From Chloroflexota bacterium (GTDB lineage: Bacteria; Chloroflexota; Limnocylindria; Limnocylindrales; CSP1-4): a DNA stretch of 64,000 nt. Positions 45,148 to 54,590 of this stretch are shown here, piece after piece. The stretch spans positions 20,567 to 84,566 of the forward strand of contig DAHXON010000001.1 in the NCBI GenBank assembly GCA_027364875.1, given 5' to 3'. A program made the translations under genes and the position numbers. Position 1 is the stretch's first letter. The number at the start of each line of letters is the position of its first letter. The notes beneath the pieces are model-generated. The model had not been told where the DNA came from. It saw only the letters and a list, made by a program, of their open reading frames with translations, and did no database searches.

Positions 45148-47868
45148 CTACAGTGGCGGCAGCTCCTGGCGCATCTCCAGAGCCGGGGCGAAGAGATCGC
45201 CGCGCTCCTGTATGCGGTCCAGGATCGTTCGAATGGTCCAGCGGTCCGGGCGCAGGTCCGGGTCGTCCAGCTCATCCCAATCGATCGGGGTGGACACGGG
45301 GGCGCGCCTCGCCGGGCGGACCGAGTACGGCGCGACAAGGGTCTTGTTCCAGGCATTCTGGGTGTAGTCGAGCCTGGCCAGGCCTTCGCGTTCCGCCTTG
45401 GCCCACTCCCAGCTGACCATTCCCGGGGCCGCGGCGGCGATGGTCCGGGACAGCGCGGCAACCCAGTCGCGTGTCTGATCGAAGGTGTACCGCGGCGCGA
45501 CCGGGATCCATACCTGGATCCCCCGCTGGCCGGTGACTTTGGGAAAGCCCGTCACCTTCAGATGCTCCAGGGCGGTCCGATACAGCCGGGCGAACAGAAT
45601 GACGTCCTGCCAGCTCGTCTTCTGACCGGGATCGATATCCACCATGGCCCAGGTGGGCGTTTGAGGCGCAGCTATCCGGAACGTCGACGGGTGAACGTCT
45701 ATGGCGGCTTCGTTGGCGATCCACGCGAGCGTGGCCACGGAGTCCGCCACGAGGTACTCCGTGGGCTGCCCCTTGGAGGCAGTGGGCCAGGGCCAGCATT
45801 CGATCCACTCCGGCGTGTGTTTGGGCAGCTGCTTCTGCCAGAACCCGGACCTGTCCACTCCGTCGGGATATCGCTGGAGCGTTGTAGCCCGGCCCTCCAG
45901 GTACGGGAGCAGGTACCGGGCAACCGAGACGTAGTAGCGGATCAGGTCCCGCTTGGTGAACCCGTCCTCCGGCCAGAGAACCTTGTCCAGGTTCGAGAGC
46001 TTGAGCGTGCGCCCGTCCACCTCCCAGAGCCCGCCCTTGCCGGGCAGCGATTCCAGAGCCGCAAGCGCTTCGGCGGTGGAGGCTGGGAGAGCCCCTGACG
46101 GCTCGTTGGCTGAGGTAGTGGCTACCCGGCCGCCGGCGCTGGCTTCCACACCAGATCCTCCGCCGCCCGCGCTCGCCCCGGCAGTGGCTATCAGCTCACC
46201 CGCCGGTCTCGAGCGCTCCCGGGTCACCGCGGCCGGATCGGCGTCCGGATCGATGCCCTTGTAGGACGCCGCTCGGAGGTTGCCGTCGGCCGTCCATTCG
46301 GCGAACTCCACCCTCACCACGAGCTTTGGCTCGACCCAGTGCACCCCCTTCTCCGTGGGGATCGGCCGGAAGGGCGCCGTGGGACGTCCGAGCGGCTCCA
46401 TCAACTCAATCAGCCGCCGCCTGGCCCGGGCGTCGAACCCGGTCCCGGCCTTGCCGACCGGGCGGAGCTGACCGCCCTCGTGCACGCCCAGCAGCAAGGC
46501 CGCGAGATCGGTCGAATCGCCGTCCCGCGTCGTCCAGCCGCCCACGACGAACTCCTGCTCGGACCGCCGCTTGATCTTGAGCCAGGACGCGGGCCGCCGA
46601 CCGGGCTCGTAGCGGCTCGTCCGCAGCTTGGCGACGACACCCTCGAGCCCTCGGGCGGCTACGGCAGCGTAGAAGGCCTCGCCATCGCCTACCACATGGC
46701 CGGCGTACTTGACTCGATCCGACTCGCGAAGAACGCTTCGCAACCGCTCCTTGCGCCGCTCGAGGGGCACGTCGAGGAGCGAGCGGCCGTCCAGGTAGAG
46801 CAAGTCGAAGACCTGGTAGACGATCGACGCCGCCGGCCCACCGCCGGTCCTCGCCGCCGCCCGGTTCCGGGCCTGGAGCAGGCTGAAGTTCGGCTGCCCG
46901 TCGGCATCGAGTGCGACCACCTCCACGTCGAGGATCGCTTCGTGGGCGGCCAGCCACACGGGAGCGGCCGCGATCTCGGGGAACTGGCCGGCCGCGTCAA
47001 GGCCTCGTCGCGAGAACAGGGCGACTCGTCCATCGCGAACGTGGGCCTGGACCCGGTAACCGTCCCATTTGAGCTCGAAGAGCCAGTCGGGATCGTCGAA
47101 GGCCCGGTCCGTCAGCGTCGCCTTCATCGGCTCGACAAACTCGGGCATCGGCGAGGGCTTCCCCAGCGGCTCCGCGGGCTCTTCTCCCCTACCCTCGTGC
47201 CCGGGACCGGCGGCCGCCCGGGGCGGCACTCCAGCGGCGACTTCGTCGTTGGTGCGACCTGTCTTGACGGAAAGCGGATGCCCTTCGACGTCCCAGCCCG
47301 GCACCGCCGAGTCGTCTCGCTTCTTGATGAGAAGCCAGCTCTCCCGACCCGCCTCGCCCGTCGATCCGGCGCCCCGGCCGTCCACGCCGTTCGAGCCCCC
47401 CGTTCGGACGAGGGTGAAACGGCCACGGAGCTTCTCGCCCCGCAGAACCATCTTGAGCTCGCCGTCGCGAAGGGCCTTGCCCGGATCGGCCGTCGCCTCG
47501 GGTTCGTAGACGCCCCAGTCCCAGACGATCACGTCGCCGGCGCCGTACTCGCCGCGCGGGATGGTGCCCTCGAAGTCGTAGTAGTCGAGCGGGTGGTCCT
47601 CGACATGGTAGGCGCCGCGACGAACGCCAGGATCCAGCGTGGGTCCCTTCGGCACGGCCCAGCTGGCCAGCACCCCGTCCACTTCCAGACGGAAGTCGTA
47701 GTGGAGCTGCCGGGCACGATGCCTCTGGACGACGAATCGGCCGCCCGTCGCGGGAGCCGAGAGGCGAGTTGGGGCGGCGCGCGAGGAGGCGGCCGTGCCA
47801 CTCGCCTGGCCGTCCGGCTCGGACGTCCGGTTGAAGTCTCGCTTGCTTCGGTACTTGTCGAGGCTCAC
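45148..47868 (-). CDS. ligD: Multidomain ATP-dependent DNA ligase LigD (phosphoesterase - ligase - polymerase/primase order)
   Basis: PE domain KYRSKRDFNRTSEP...FVVQRHRARQLHYDFRLE. Ligase domain EPMKATL, KWDGYRVQ, EGVVAK. Pol domain LSNLDKVLWPEDGFTKRDLIRYY...GIQVWIP. Confidence 0.9.
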   Translation of the reverse strand: MSLDKYRSKRDFNRTSEPDGQASGTAASSRAAPTRLSAPATGGRFVVQRHRARQLHYDFRLEVDGVLASWAVPKGPTLDPGVRRGAYHVEDHPLDYYDFEGTIPRGEYGAGDVIVWDWGVYEPEATADPGKALRDGELKMVLRGEKLRGRFTLVRTGGSNGVDGRGAGSTGEAGRESWLLIKKRDDSAVPGWDVEGHPLSVKTGRTNDEVAAGVPPRAAAGPGHEGRGEEPAEPLGKPSPMPEFVEPMKATLTDRAFDDPDWLFELKWDGYRVQAHVRDGRVALFSRRGLDAAGQFPEIAAAPVWLAAHEAILDVEVVALDADGQPNFSLLQARNRAAARTGGGPAASIVYQVFDLLYLDGRSLLDVPLERRKERLRSVLRESDRVKYAGHVVGDGEAFYAAVAARGLEGVVAKLRTSRYEPGRRPASWLKIKRRSEQEFVVGGWTTRDGDSTDLAALLLGVHEGGQLRPVGKAGTGFDARARRRLIELMEPLGRPTAPFRPIPTEKGVHWVEPKLVVRVEFAEWTADGNLRAASYKGIDPDADPAAVTRERSRPAGELIATAGASAGGGGSGVEASAGGRVATTSANEPSGALPASTAEALAALESLPGKGGLWEVDGRTLKLSNLDKVLWPEDGFTKRDLIRYYVSVARYLLPYLEGRATTLQRYPDGVDRSGFWQKQLPKHTPEWIECWPWPTASKGQPTEYLVADSVATLAWIANEAAIDVHPSTFRIAAPQTPTWAMVDIDPGQKTSWQDVILFARLYRTALEHLKVTGFPKVTGQRGIQVWIPVAPRYTFDQTRDWVAALSRTIAAAAPGMVSWEWAKAEREGLARLDYTQNAWNKTLVAPYSVRPARRAPVSTPIDWDELDDPDLRPDRWTIRTILDRIQERGDLFAPALEMRQELPPL

Positions 47869-48030
47869 GTCGCCCTCAGGCTACGGCCGCCCGTCCACGG
47901 CTGCTCGACCGTGGTCGGGTCGTCCCTCAGAGCGGTTGCCACGGCCGGAGGGGGCGCGACGCGACCAGAGGTACGGCACGAGGCGGCGCGGGCGGAGGCG
48001 GCCTTCATCGGGGCCGTCCGCCGAGGCGCG

Positions 48031-48579
48031 TCACCGGGGCGACTCGTCGGTGAGCTCGCCGCGCAGCATGTCGAGCAGCAACCCGTCATGCCAGCGGCCG
48101 TCCGGACCGCGCTCGTACGAACGCATGACCCCCACTCGTCGGAAACCGACCCGCTCGTATGCCCGGATGGCCCGCTCGTTGGCGACGGCGGGGTCGATCA
48201 CGACGCGATGGTGACCGCGAACCTCGAAGAGATGGCGGGCCATGCTCGCGACCGCGTCCCTCCCGAGCCCGCGGCCCTGATAGTCCGTCGCCACGAACAG
48301 GTCGATGCCGGCGTGCCGGTAGTCCCGCTCGTTCTCCTCGTCGTACTCGATGGCGCCGATCACTCCGCCGTCGAGCTCGATAGCGTAGACGACGCCCTCT
48401 TCCTCGCCGAACAGCTCGTCCACGGCAGCGTCGAGGCCGTTGGGTGCCCACCAGCGAGCCACCTCGGGCTCGGCCAGGATGGCCCGCAGGCGGTCGCGGT
48501 CTTCAGGCCGGAGCAGTCGAAGCCACACCCGACGGCCGGAGATGGTCTGCGCGGGTTCGAGGCGCGGCACCTTGCTCAC
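48031..48579 (-). CDS. GNAT family N-acetyltransferase
   Basis: LRLLRPEDRDRL...GAIEYDEEN...HAGIDLFV...QGRGLGRDAV...ANERAIRAYERVGFR. Confidence 0.75.
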   Translation of the reverse strand: MSKVPRLEPAQTISGRRVWLRLLRPEDRDRLRAILAEPEVARWWAPNGLDAAVDELFGEEEGVVYAIELDGGVIGAIEYDEENERDYRHAGIDLFVATDYQGRGLGRDAVASMARHLFEVRGHHRVVIDPAVANERAIRAYERVGFRRVGVMRSYERGPDGRWHDGLLLDMLRGELTDESPR

Positions 48580-48754
48580 GCAGCTCAGGGTAGGCAGTCA
48601 GGGCCGTCGGGTCCAGCCCGTGCCCCCAGCGCGGCCCCGAAGCCCCGGGCGCGCCGGCGCGCAGCCAGCGCGCCAACAACCGGAGGACCTGGCGAGTGGA
48701 GCAGCGCCGCACCTGCCGTATCCTGAACGCGGCAACCGCAGTCACGAGGTCAAG

Positions 48755-49300
48755 ATGAGCGATAAGCCAGCCGGGGGCGGGCCAGCCGGGCGCGCCACTG
48801 CCGGGGCCGCCACCGCCGGCGCGACCGGCCCGCGCGGCCTCGATTCGGTCGATGCCTGTCGCCTTCGACTCGTGTCGCTCAGAACGCGGATCGACACGAA
48901 CTGGCCTGAGGGCGGGGGCTTCCTGCGACGGCGCGGTTCGCGCCCCGAGGCCTCGGACCCGATCGGCCGACTGCTCGGCGCCCTGCCCTCGCCCCTGCCC
49001 CTGCATCCCGGCGGGCCGCCGGAGCCGATCATGGGCGACGGCGACGCAGACCTACGCTCCGTTGTGGGAAGGGCCGTGGACGCGGCCATGACCCTGCTGG
49101 AGGCAGATTCCCTCGAGGCCACATATCCGGGCAACGTCTCGATGCTGGCCGGCCTGAGTCCCGCGACCGATGCCGCAGGTGCCGAGGCGGTCGAGCTGTC
49201 GGAGCCCACCGTCGGACTCCTGGTCGCGACGATCATCGGGACTCTAGAAGCGGTCTCGGAGAAGCTGATCCCGAGCGGAGGCCGCGGTGTCCGCCGTTAG
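48755..49300 (+). CDS. Hypothetical protein (Gly/Ala/Pro-rich N-terminus)
   Basis: GAGGT RBS before ATG 48755. 181-aa ORF ending 14 nt inside the pncB start. No family recognised; coding status uncertain. Confidence 0.35.
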   Translation: MSDKPAGGGPAGRATAGAATAGATGPRGLDSVDACRLRLVSLRTRIDTNWPEGGGFLRRRGSRPEASDPIGRLLGALPSPLPLHPGGPPEPIMGDGDADLRSVVGRAVDAAMTLLEADSLEATYPGNVSMLAGLSPATDAAGAEAVELSEPTVGLLVATIIGTLEAVSEKLIPSGGRGVRR

Positions 49301-50771
49301 CGAGCTGTACCGGACCAGCCTTGCCTCTCTCACGGATCTCTACGAGCTGACCATGGCCGCCGGCTACGTGGATACGGGCATGGCCGAGCGCGAGACGGTC
49401 TTCTCCATGAGCTTCCGCAACCTGCCGTTCGAGGGCGGCTACGCCATCGCGGCCGGGCTCGACGACGTCCTGGAGATCCTCGAGGGGTTCAGGTACGAAC
49501 CCGCCGACCTCCAATACCTGGCCGGCCTGATCGGCGCGGGCGGCCGCCCGCTCTTCGATCCCGATTTCCTCGACCGCCTCGCACGGCTGCGCTTCACCTG
49601 CGACGTCGACGCCATCCCGGAAGGGACCGCGGTCTTCGCCAACGAGCCGCTGCTGCGAGTCCGCGGTCCGCTGATGCAGGCCCAGCTCGTGGAGAGCGTC
49701 CTGCTGACCGTCGTCGGGTTCCAGACTCTCGTCGCGACCAAGGCGGCCAGGGTGGTGGAGGCGGCGGGTTCCGCGCCCGTTCTGGAGTTCGGCCTGCGCC
49801 GCTCGCAGGGTCCCGACGGGGCCATCAGCGCCGCCAGAGCGGCATATGTCGGCGGTGTCGCGGCCACCTCGAACGTTCTGGCGGGACGCCTTTTCGGCAT
49901 CCCCGTGCGAGGAACGCACGCCCACTCCTGGGTTCAGGCCTTCGAGGACGAACGCCGCGCCTTCGACGCCTATGCCGCCGCCCAGCCGGACAACGTCACC
50001 CTTCTCGTCGACACGTACGATTCGCTCCTGGGGGTCGAACACGCCATCGAAGCTGGACGCAAGCTGCGCGAACGAGGCGGCGAGCTGGGCGGCATCAGGC
50101 TCGACTCGGGCGACCTGGCCTATCTGTCGATCGAAGCGCGCCGCATGCTCGACGAGGCCGGCTTCGCCGCCACGCGGATCGTCGCCTCCAACGACCTCGA
50201 CGAGTACACGATCGAGTCGCTGCGCGAGCAGGGAGCCCGGATCGACGTTTGGGGAGTCGGCACCCGGCTCGATACCTGCTACGACCAGCCCGCTCTCGGC
50301 GCCATCTACAAGCTCACGGCCATCCGCGACGGTTCGGGCGCCTGGCGCTACCCCGTCAAGGTCTCCGAGCACAGCGCCAAGACGTCCATCCCGGGGATCC
50401 TGGGCGTGCGGCGTTTCGTGGATTCCACGGAGCGGTTCCGTGCCGACGTCATCTACGACGAAGACCTCGCCGAGCCCGAGGCAGGAGACGTGATGGTCGA
50501 CCCTGCCGACGCCCTCCACCGCCGCCGCATCGACTCGGAGTGGCACTGCGTGGAGCTGGTGGAACCGGCCATGCGAGGCGGCCGGCGCACCGGTCCGGCC
50601 CCCACGCTGGACGAGATGCGCGACCGGGCCCGAAAGCAGGTCTCGAGCCTCCACCTGGGCATCCGCCGTCTGCTCAATCCGCACACGTATCCGGTCGGCC
50701 TGGAGCGGCGGCTGCACGAGCGCAGGACCGAGCAGGTGCTCGAGCGCAAGCGAGCGGAGACGCTCCCCTAG
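49287..50771 (+). CDS. pncB: Nicotinate phosphoribosyltransferase
   Basis: LTDLYELTMAAGY, FEGGYAIAAGL, FGLRRSQGPDGA, GTHAHSWV, GIRLDSGDL, WGVGT. Confidence 0.9.
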   Translation: MSAVSELYRTSLASLTDLYELTMAAGYVDTGMAERETVFSMSFRNLPFEGGYAIAAGLDDVLEILEGFRYEPADLQYLAGLIGAGGRPLFDPDFLDRLARLRFTCDVDAIPEGTAVFANEPLLRVRGPLMQAQLVESVLLTVVGFQTLVATKAARVVEAAGSAPVLEFGLRRSQGPDGAISAARAAYVGGVAATSNVLAGRLFGIPVRGTHAHSWVQAFEDERRAFDAYAAAQPDNVTLLVDTYDSLLGVEHAIEAGRKLRERGGELGGIRLDSGDLAYLSIEARRMLDEAGFAATRIVASNDLDEYTIESLREQGARIDVWGVGTRLDTCYDQPALGAIYKLTAIRDGSGAWRYPVKVSEHSAKTSIPGILGVRRFVDSTERFRADVIYDEDLAEPEAGDVMVDPADALHRRRIDSEWHCVELVEPAMRGGRRTGPAPTLDEMRDRARKQVSSLHLGIRRLLNPHTYPVGLERRLHERRTEQVLERKRAETLP

Positions 50772-50886
50772 GACCCGCGGCCCGGACGTGGCGCGCGGGC
50801 GCCGCGCTTTGCGACGCCCGCCCTGTGGAGCGCGATGTGCCGGAGCCGAAGCAACCCGGCAGGCGCGCCAGATGGGTCCTGGCGTT

Positions 50887-51675
50887 TCAGCCGCGTCGTG
50901 ATGCCCGGAGCGGCCTGAGAGCGACCACGCCGAGGACCGACGAGAAGGCCAGAAGGATCAACGGCAGGGCCGGTCCGCCGCCGGTCGAACCGCTGGAGGG
51001 AAGCTGCGTTGAAGTCGGGGGAGGACTGGAGGTCGGGCCGGGTCCGGAGGTCTCACCCGCGAACGATTCGAACGGGGTTGGCGTCGAGGCCACAGTGGGC
51101 GTCGCGCTCGGGGCCATGGTGGGGGTCGCCGTCGGGCTCGTCAGGTCCACGGTCGCGCACCGGACCGCGGGGTCGTAGCCGTTGTCCACCGAGTTGTCCT
51201 TGTTGCGATTGGGCCCGCCGGCAATGAGGCTCTCGTCACCTGTCGCCGGGAATGGTTTGACCTCGCCGAGGTCGTACATGATCACGCAGACCATGTACGT
51301 TCCCGAAGCCGCGTACGTGTGCGAGACCGGACCCCAGGTGCCGCTTCCGCCCTGGTCCGGAACCGTCGGCTGGAAGACGACGTTGGTCGCGGCAGTGCCG
51401 TCACCGATGTGGTACGAGCCAACGTCGTTGCCGCTCGTGACGTCGCCCCAGGAGATGGCGTAGCCGATGTAGCTCGGGACCGGGTCTTTCGGTTCGGCCG
51501 TCCAGGTCCAGCTACCCGATACCTGGACGGACATGCTGGTCACGGTGGCGCTGATCGAAGCCGGCCTGGCGGAGTGCGCGGAGGCGACGGCCGCGAAGGC
51601 GACCATTGCCAGCGCGACGCTGGCCACTCCCGCAACGACCTGGCCGGCCCGCCGCCAATGGGGACGCGGTGCCAT
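50887..51675 (-). CDS. Secreted protein with a PKD-like domain, Thr/Pro-rich stalk and C-terminal TM anchor
   Basis: Signal peptide ...AAVASA|HS. PKD-like HTYAASGTYMVCV. C-terminus PPPTSTQLPSSG + hydrophobic helix + RPLRASRRG. Confidence 0.65.
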   Translation of the reverse strand: MAPRPHWRRAGQVVAGVASVALAMVAFAAVASAHSARPASISATVTSMSVQVSGSWTWTAEPKDPVPSYIGYAISWGDVTSGNDVGSYHIGDGTAATNVVFQPTVPDQGGSGTWGPVSHTYAASGTYMVCVIMYDLGEVKPFPATGDESLIAGGPNRNKDNSVDNGYDPAVRCATVDLTSPTATPTMAPSATPTVASTPTPFESFAGETSGPGPTSSPPPTSTQLPSSGSTGGGPALPLILLAFSSVLGVVALRPLRASRRG

Positions 51676-51811
51676 TTTCTGCCTCCCTCAGCGCAACCTT
51701 GATGTTCTGATGACTGCGCTGGTGTTAGGCAACCTACTCATCACTTGCCGGCGAGGACAGTGGGCATCCAGAGCGTGCAAATGCCGATGCACGCGCCGCG
51801 ACGAGCGCTCC

Positions 51812-51832
51812 AAAAACCACCCGAAAAGGTGG
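51812..51832 (-). terminator. Rho-independent terminator downstream of the ThDP-enzyme gene
   Basis: Minus strand reads CCACC-TTTTCG-GGTGG followed by TTTTT (plus-strand coordinates 51812-51832). Confidence 0.6.
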
Positions 51833-51901
51833 AAGGCGAGTCGGGCGCAGCCCAAAAGAGAGTGGGTGGACCACCCCTCCGAGGCGTGGCCCTCCCCGTT
51901 T

Positions 51902-53899
51902 CTAGACCTCAGGCGTTTCGGCCGCGTCCGTGGCTTCGGCGGCGATATGCCGGCCGTTGGCGCTTTCGTGGTCGGCTTCGGCCGGGACCTCGACGACCTC
52001 GACGACCTCGACTATCTCGACGACCTCGGCGCCTTCGACGGCATCCTCGACCTCGACAACTTCGGCGATCTCGGCGATCTCGGCGATCTCGACGGCTTTG
52101 ACTTCGTCGGCTTCGCCCTCCGGCTCATCCGGCTCCCCTAGAGCACCCTCGGGCAGGGCATCGGAACCTTCAGGCTCCGGTTCGATCGAGGCCGGGAAGG
52201 GCTCCGACGACTCGCCGGCGATCGGCTTCACTCCGGGGATCGTCCAGGAGGGATCCACGAGCAGGTGCAGGACGGCCGGTCTGCCGGCTTCGAGCGCCTG
52301 CCGGAGAGCGGGCTCGAACTCCTCATCGTTGTTGACCGTGATGCCAATCGCGCCGCACGCCTCGGCGATGGCGGCGAAATCGATGCGGCCGAGCTTCGTG
52401 GCGATGCCGGCTCCGCTGCCTCGCTGCTGCTGATGGCGGTAGATGGTCCCGTAGCGAGCGTTGTCGAAGACCAGCGCGATCACGTGCGCCCGTTCTCGGA
52501 CGGCCGTCTCGATCTCCGCCATGGTCATGGCGAAGCCGCCGTCGCCGGCGAGGGCCACGCCCAACCGTCCGGGCCTCGCCAGAGTGGCGCCGATCGCGGC
52601 CGGCAGGCCGTAGCCCATGGGGCCGGCCGAGGATCCCAGGAAGGTCCCCGGGCGCCGGAAGCGCATGCCGCGCGCGGCCCAGGTCCCGAAATCGCCGGCG
52701 TCCGTGGCGACGATAGCCTCCGGCGGCATGGCCAGGCTCAGAGTGGCGACTGCGCGTCCCGGATGGACACCGGAACCGGTCGGCTCCTCTTCGTCCACGA
52801 CCGAGGCCGCCTCGAAGGCCTCACGATCCACGGCGTTGGCCGCCGTTCGCTCGTCGAACGAGGTCGCTTCGAGAGCGGCGCGAGCGAGCACCCGCTGGGA
52901 CACGCGCAGGAATGCGGCCGCGTCCGCGGACATGACGATGTCCGGCCGGACCGGCCCGGTTGCCTGCGGCTCGATATCCACCTGGGCCCAGCGCGTCGAC
53001 GGGCCGGGCAGCTCGTACCCGTAGGAGGTGATCTCGCCGAGGCGCGATCCCAGGACCAGCAGCGCATCCGCTTCCTCGAGGCGGCGACGAACCGTCTCCG
53101 GGGCTCCGTTGCCGGTCATTCCCAGGTAGAGCGGGTTGTCGTTCGGAAAGACGTCCGCCCGGCGCCAGGCGGCGATGACGGGCACGCGGATCGTCTGGGC
53201 GAAGCGGACGAGCGCGTCCGTGCTCCGCGCGCGCAGCACGCCGGCTCCCGCGAGGATCAGCGGCCTGCGCGCGTCGGTCAGGAGATGCAGGACCTTCCGG
53301 ACCAGGGTCGGATCAGGCTCTACGTGCTGCTCGGCGTGAGGGGCGGCATGGCTCCCGGGCACATATCCGGTCGCCGGAGCATCGAGGATGTCCGACGGAA
53401 CGGACAGCAGGACCGGCCCGGGTCGTCCCTTGATGGCCGCGGCGATCGCCCGCTCCAGAAGCGGCACCGCATCGGCCGCGTCCTTGACCTCGCCGGCCCA
53501 CTTGGCGAGTGGCTGGAACACCGAGACGAGGTCCATCTCCTGGAATGCCTCACGACCGCGAAGGTCGTGCCGGACCTGCCCGACGATGGCGATGAGCGGC
53601 ACGGAGTCGGCGTGGGCGGCGTGAAGGCCGATGGCGAGATTGGCCGCGCCCGGGCCACGGGTGGCCACGCACAGGGCCGGCCTGCCCGTGAGTTGTCCGA
53701 CGGCCGCGGCCATGAACGAGGCCGCTCCTTCGTGCCTTGCCGCGACGACCCGGATCCGGTTCTGGCCCAGACTCTCGAGCAGTCCGAGGACGGTCTCGCC
53801 CGGAACCGTGAAGGCAACCTTCACGCCGGAGCGGGCCAGCGTCTCCGCCAGTGCGGCACCGACCGTTACGGTGGACCCCTGGCTCTCGCTAGAAGACAT
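51902..53899 (-). CDS. Thiamine-diphosphate enzyme (acetolactate synthase large-subunit-like) with a ~115-aa acidic repetitive C-terminal tail
   Basis: TPP_N pattern FTVPGETVLGLLESL...ARHEGAASFMA...TRGPGAANL. TPP-binding GDGGFAMT...NARYGTI. Tail is EIAEIAEIAEVVEVEDAVEGAEVVEIVEVVEVVEV. Confidence 0.85.
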   Translation of the reverse strand: MSSSESQGSTVTVGAALAETLARSGVKVAFTVPGETVLGLLESLGQNRIRVVAARHEGAASFMAAAVGQLTGRPALCVATRGPGAANLAIGLHAAHADSVPLIAIVGQVRHDLRGREAFQEMDLVSVFQPLAKWAGEVKDAADAVPLLERAIAAAIKGRPGPVLLSVPSDILDAPATGYVPGSHAAPHAEQHVEPDPTLVRKVLHLLTDARRPLILAGAGVLRARSTDALVRFAQTIRVPVIAAWRRADVFPNDNPLYLGMTGNGAPETVRRRLEEADALLVLGSRLGEITSYGYELPGPSTRWAQVDIEPQATGPVRPDIVMSADAAAFLRVSQRVLARAALEATSFDERTAANAVDREAFEAASVVDEEEPTGSGVHPGRAVATLSLAMPPEAIVATDAGDFGTWAARGMRFRRPGTFLGSSAGPMGYGLPAAIGATLARPGRLGVALAGDGGFAMTMAEIETAVRERAHVIALVFDNARYGTIYRHQQQRGSGAGIATKLGRIDFAAIAEACGAIGITVNNDEEFEPALRQALEAGRPAVLHLLVDPSWTIPGVKPIAGESSEPFPASIEPEPEGSDALPEGALGEPDEPEGEADEVKAVEIAEIAEIAEVVEVEDAVEGAEVVEIVEVVEVVEVPAEADHESANGRHIAAEATDAAETPEV
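51986..52093. repeat. 9-bp periodic tandem repeat (NNNCTCGRC units) inside the ThDP-enzyme tail
   Basis: gacctcgac x3, tatctcgac, gacctcggc, gccttcgac ... gatctcggc x2, gatctcgac, read directly from the sequence. Confidence 0.8.
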
Positions 53900-53943
53900 C
53901 GCCGCTCTCCTCTAGATCGCCGCGCCGGCAGACCGGGCGGTTC

Positions 53944-54435
53944 TCATCGATAGTTCGTGAACTGCAATGGCACCGGTTCATCGAGCTCCTTCAGTCGGGT
54001 GATGACCCGCTGAAGATCGTCTCTGCTCTTGCCGAAGACTCGAAGCGCATCTCCCTGGATCTGAGGCTTGACCTTGGGGAACTCCTCACGGACCAGCTTG
54101 CTCAGCTTCCGCGCGAGGTCCTCGTCCAGGCCCCGCCGCAAACCGATGTGCTGGCGGACCTTGTTGCCGCCGGCGGGCTCGACCTTGCCCCAATCGAAGA
54201 TCTTGAGCGACAGGCTCCGCCTGACAGCCTTGCTCTCGATGAGCTCGCGGATCGCCTTGGCCCGGAATTCGTCGTCCGTGATGAGGATCAGCTCCGTCCG
54301 GGATTGGGTCAGATCGAACGTTGCGCCCTTGAAATCGTAGCGCTGCTGAACCTCGCGCCTCACCTGGTCCAGGGCGTTGCGCATCTCCTGATCGTCGAAA
54401 TCGCTCACGACATCGAAAGACGATTCTCCCGCCAT
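53944..54435 (-). CDS. yajQ: YajQ-family nucleotide (c-di-GMP)-binding protein, UPF0234
   Basis: SFDVVSDFDDQEMRNALDQVRREVQQRYDFKG...PLQFTNYR. Confidence 0.9.
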   Translation of the reverse strand: MAGESSFDVVSDFDDQEMRNALDQVRREVQQRYDFKGATFDLTQSRTELILITDDEFRAKAIRELIESKAVRRSLSLKIFDWGKVEPAGGNKVRQHIGLRRGLDEDLARKLSKLVREEFPKVKPQIQGDALRVFGKSRDDLQRVITRLKELDEPVPLQFTNYR

Positions 54436-54590
54436 CGACCCTCCTGCACCTCATGGGCTTGGATGCTGGCCCGCTCGAATACTGCGGACGCCAACGCTAC
54501 ACGCTTCGGCGTCCATTGTCCCTTACTCCGTCCACCGGGCGCCGGCCGGCGGCCCCATCGGCGTCGCGTCCACGGGCGTGCGGGCGAAGG

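Noticed and set aside
51986-52093. Short tandem repeats that could be mistaken for a CRISPR-like or minisatellite locus.
   Set aside because: The period is 9 bp with no spacers, in frame and inside a CDS (an acidic protein tail). No cas genes are present. This is not a CRISPR array.
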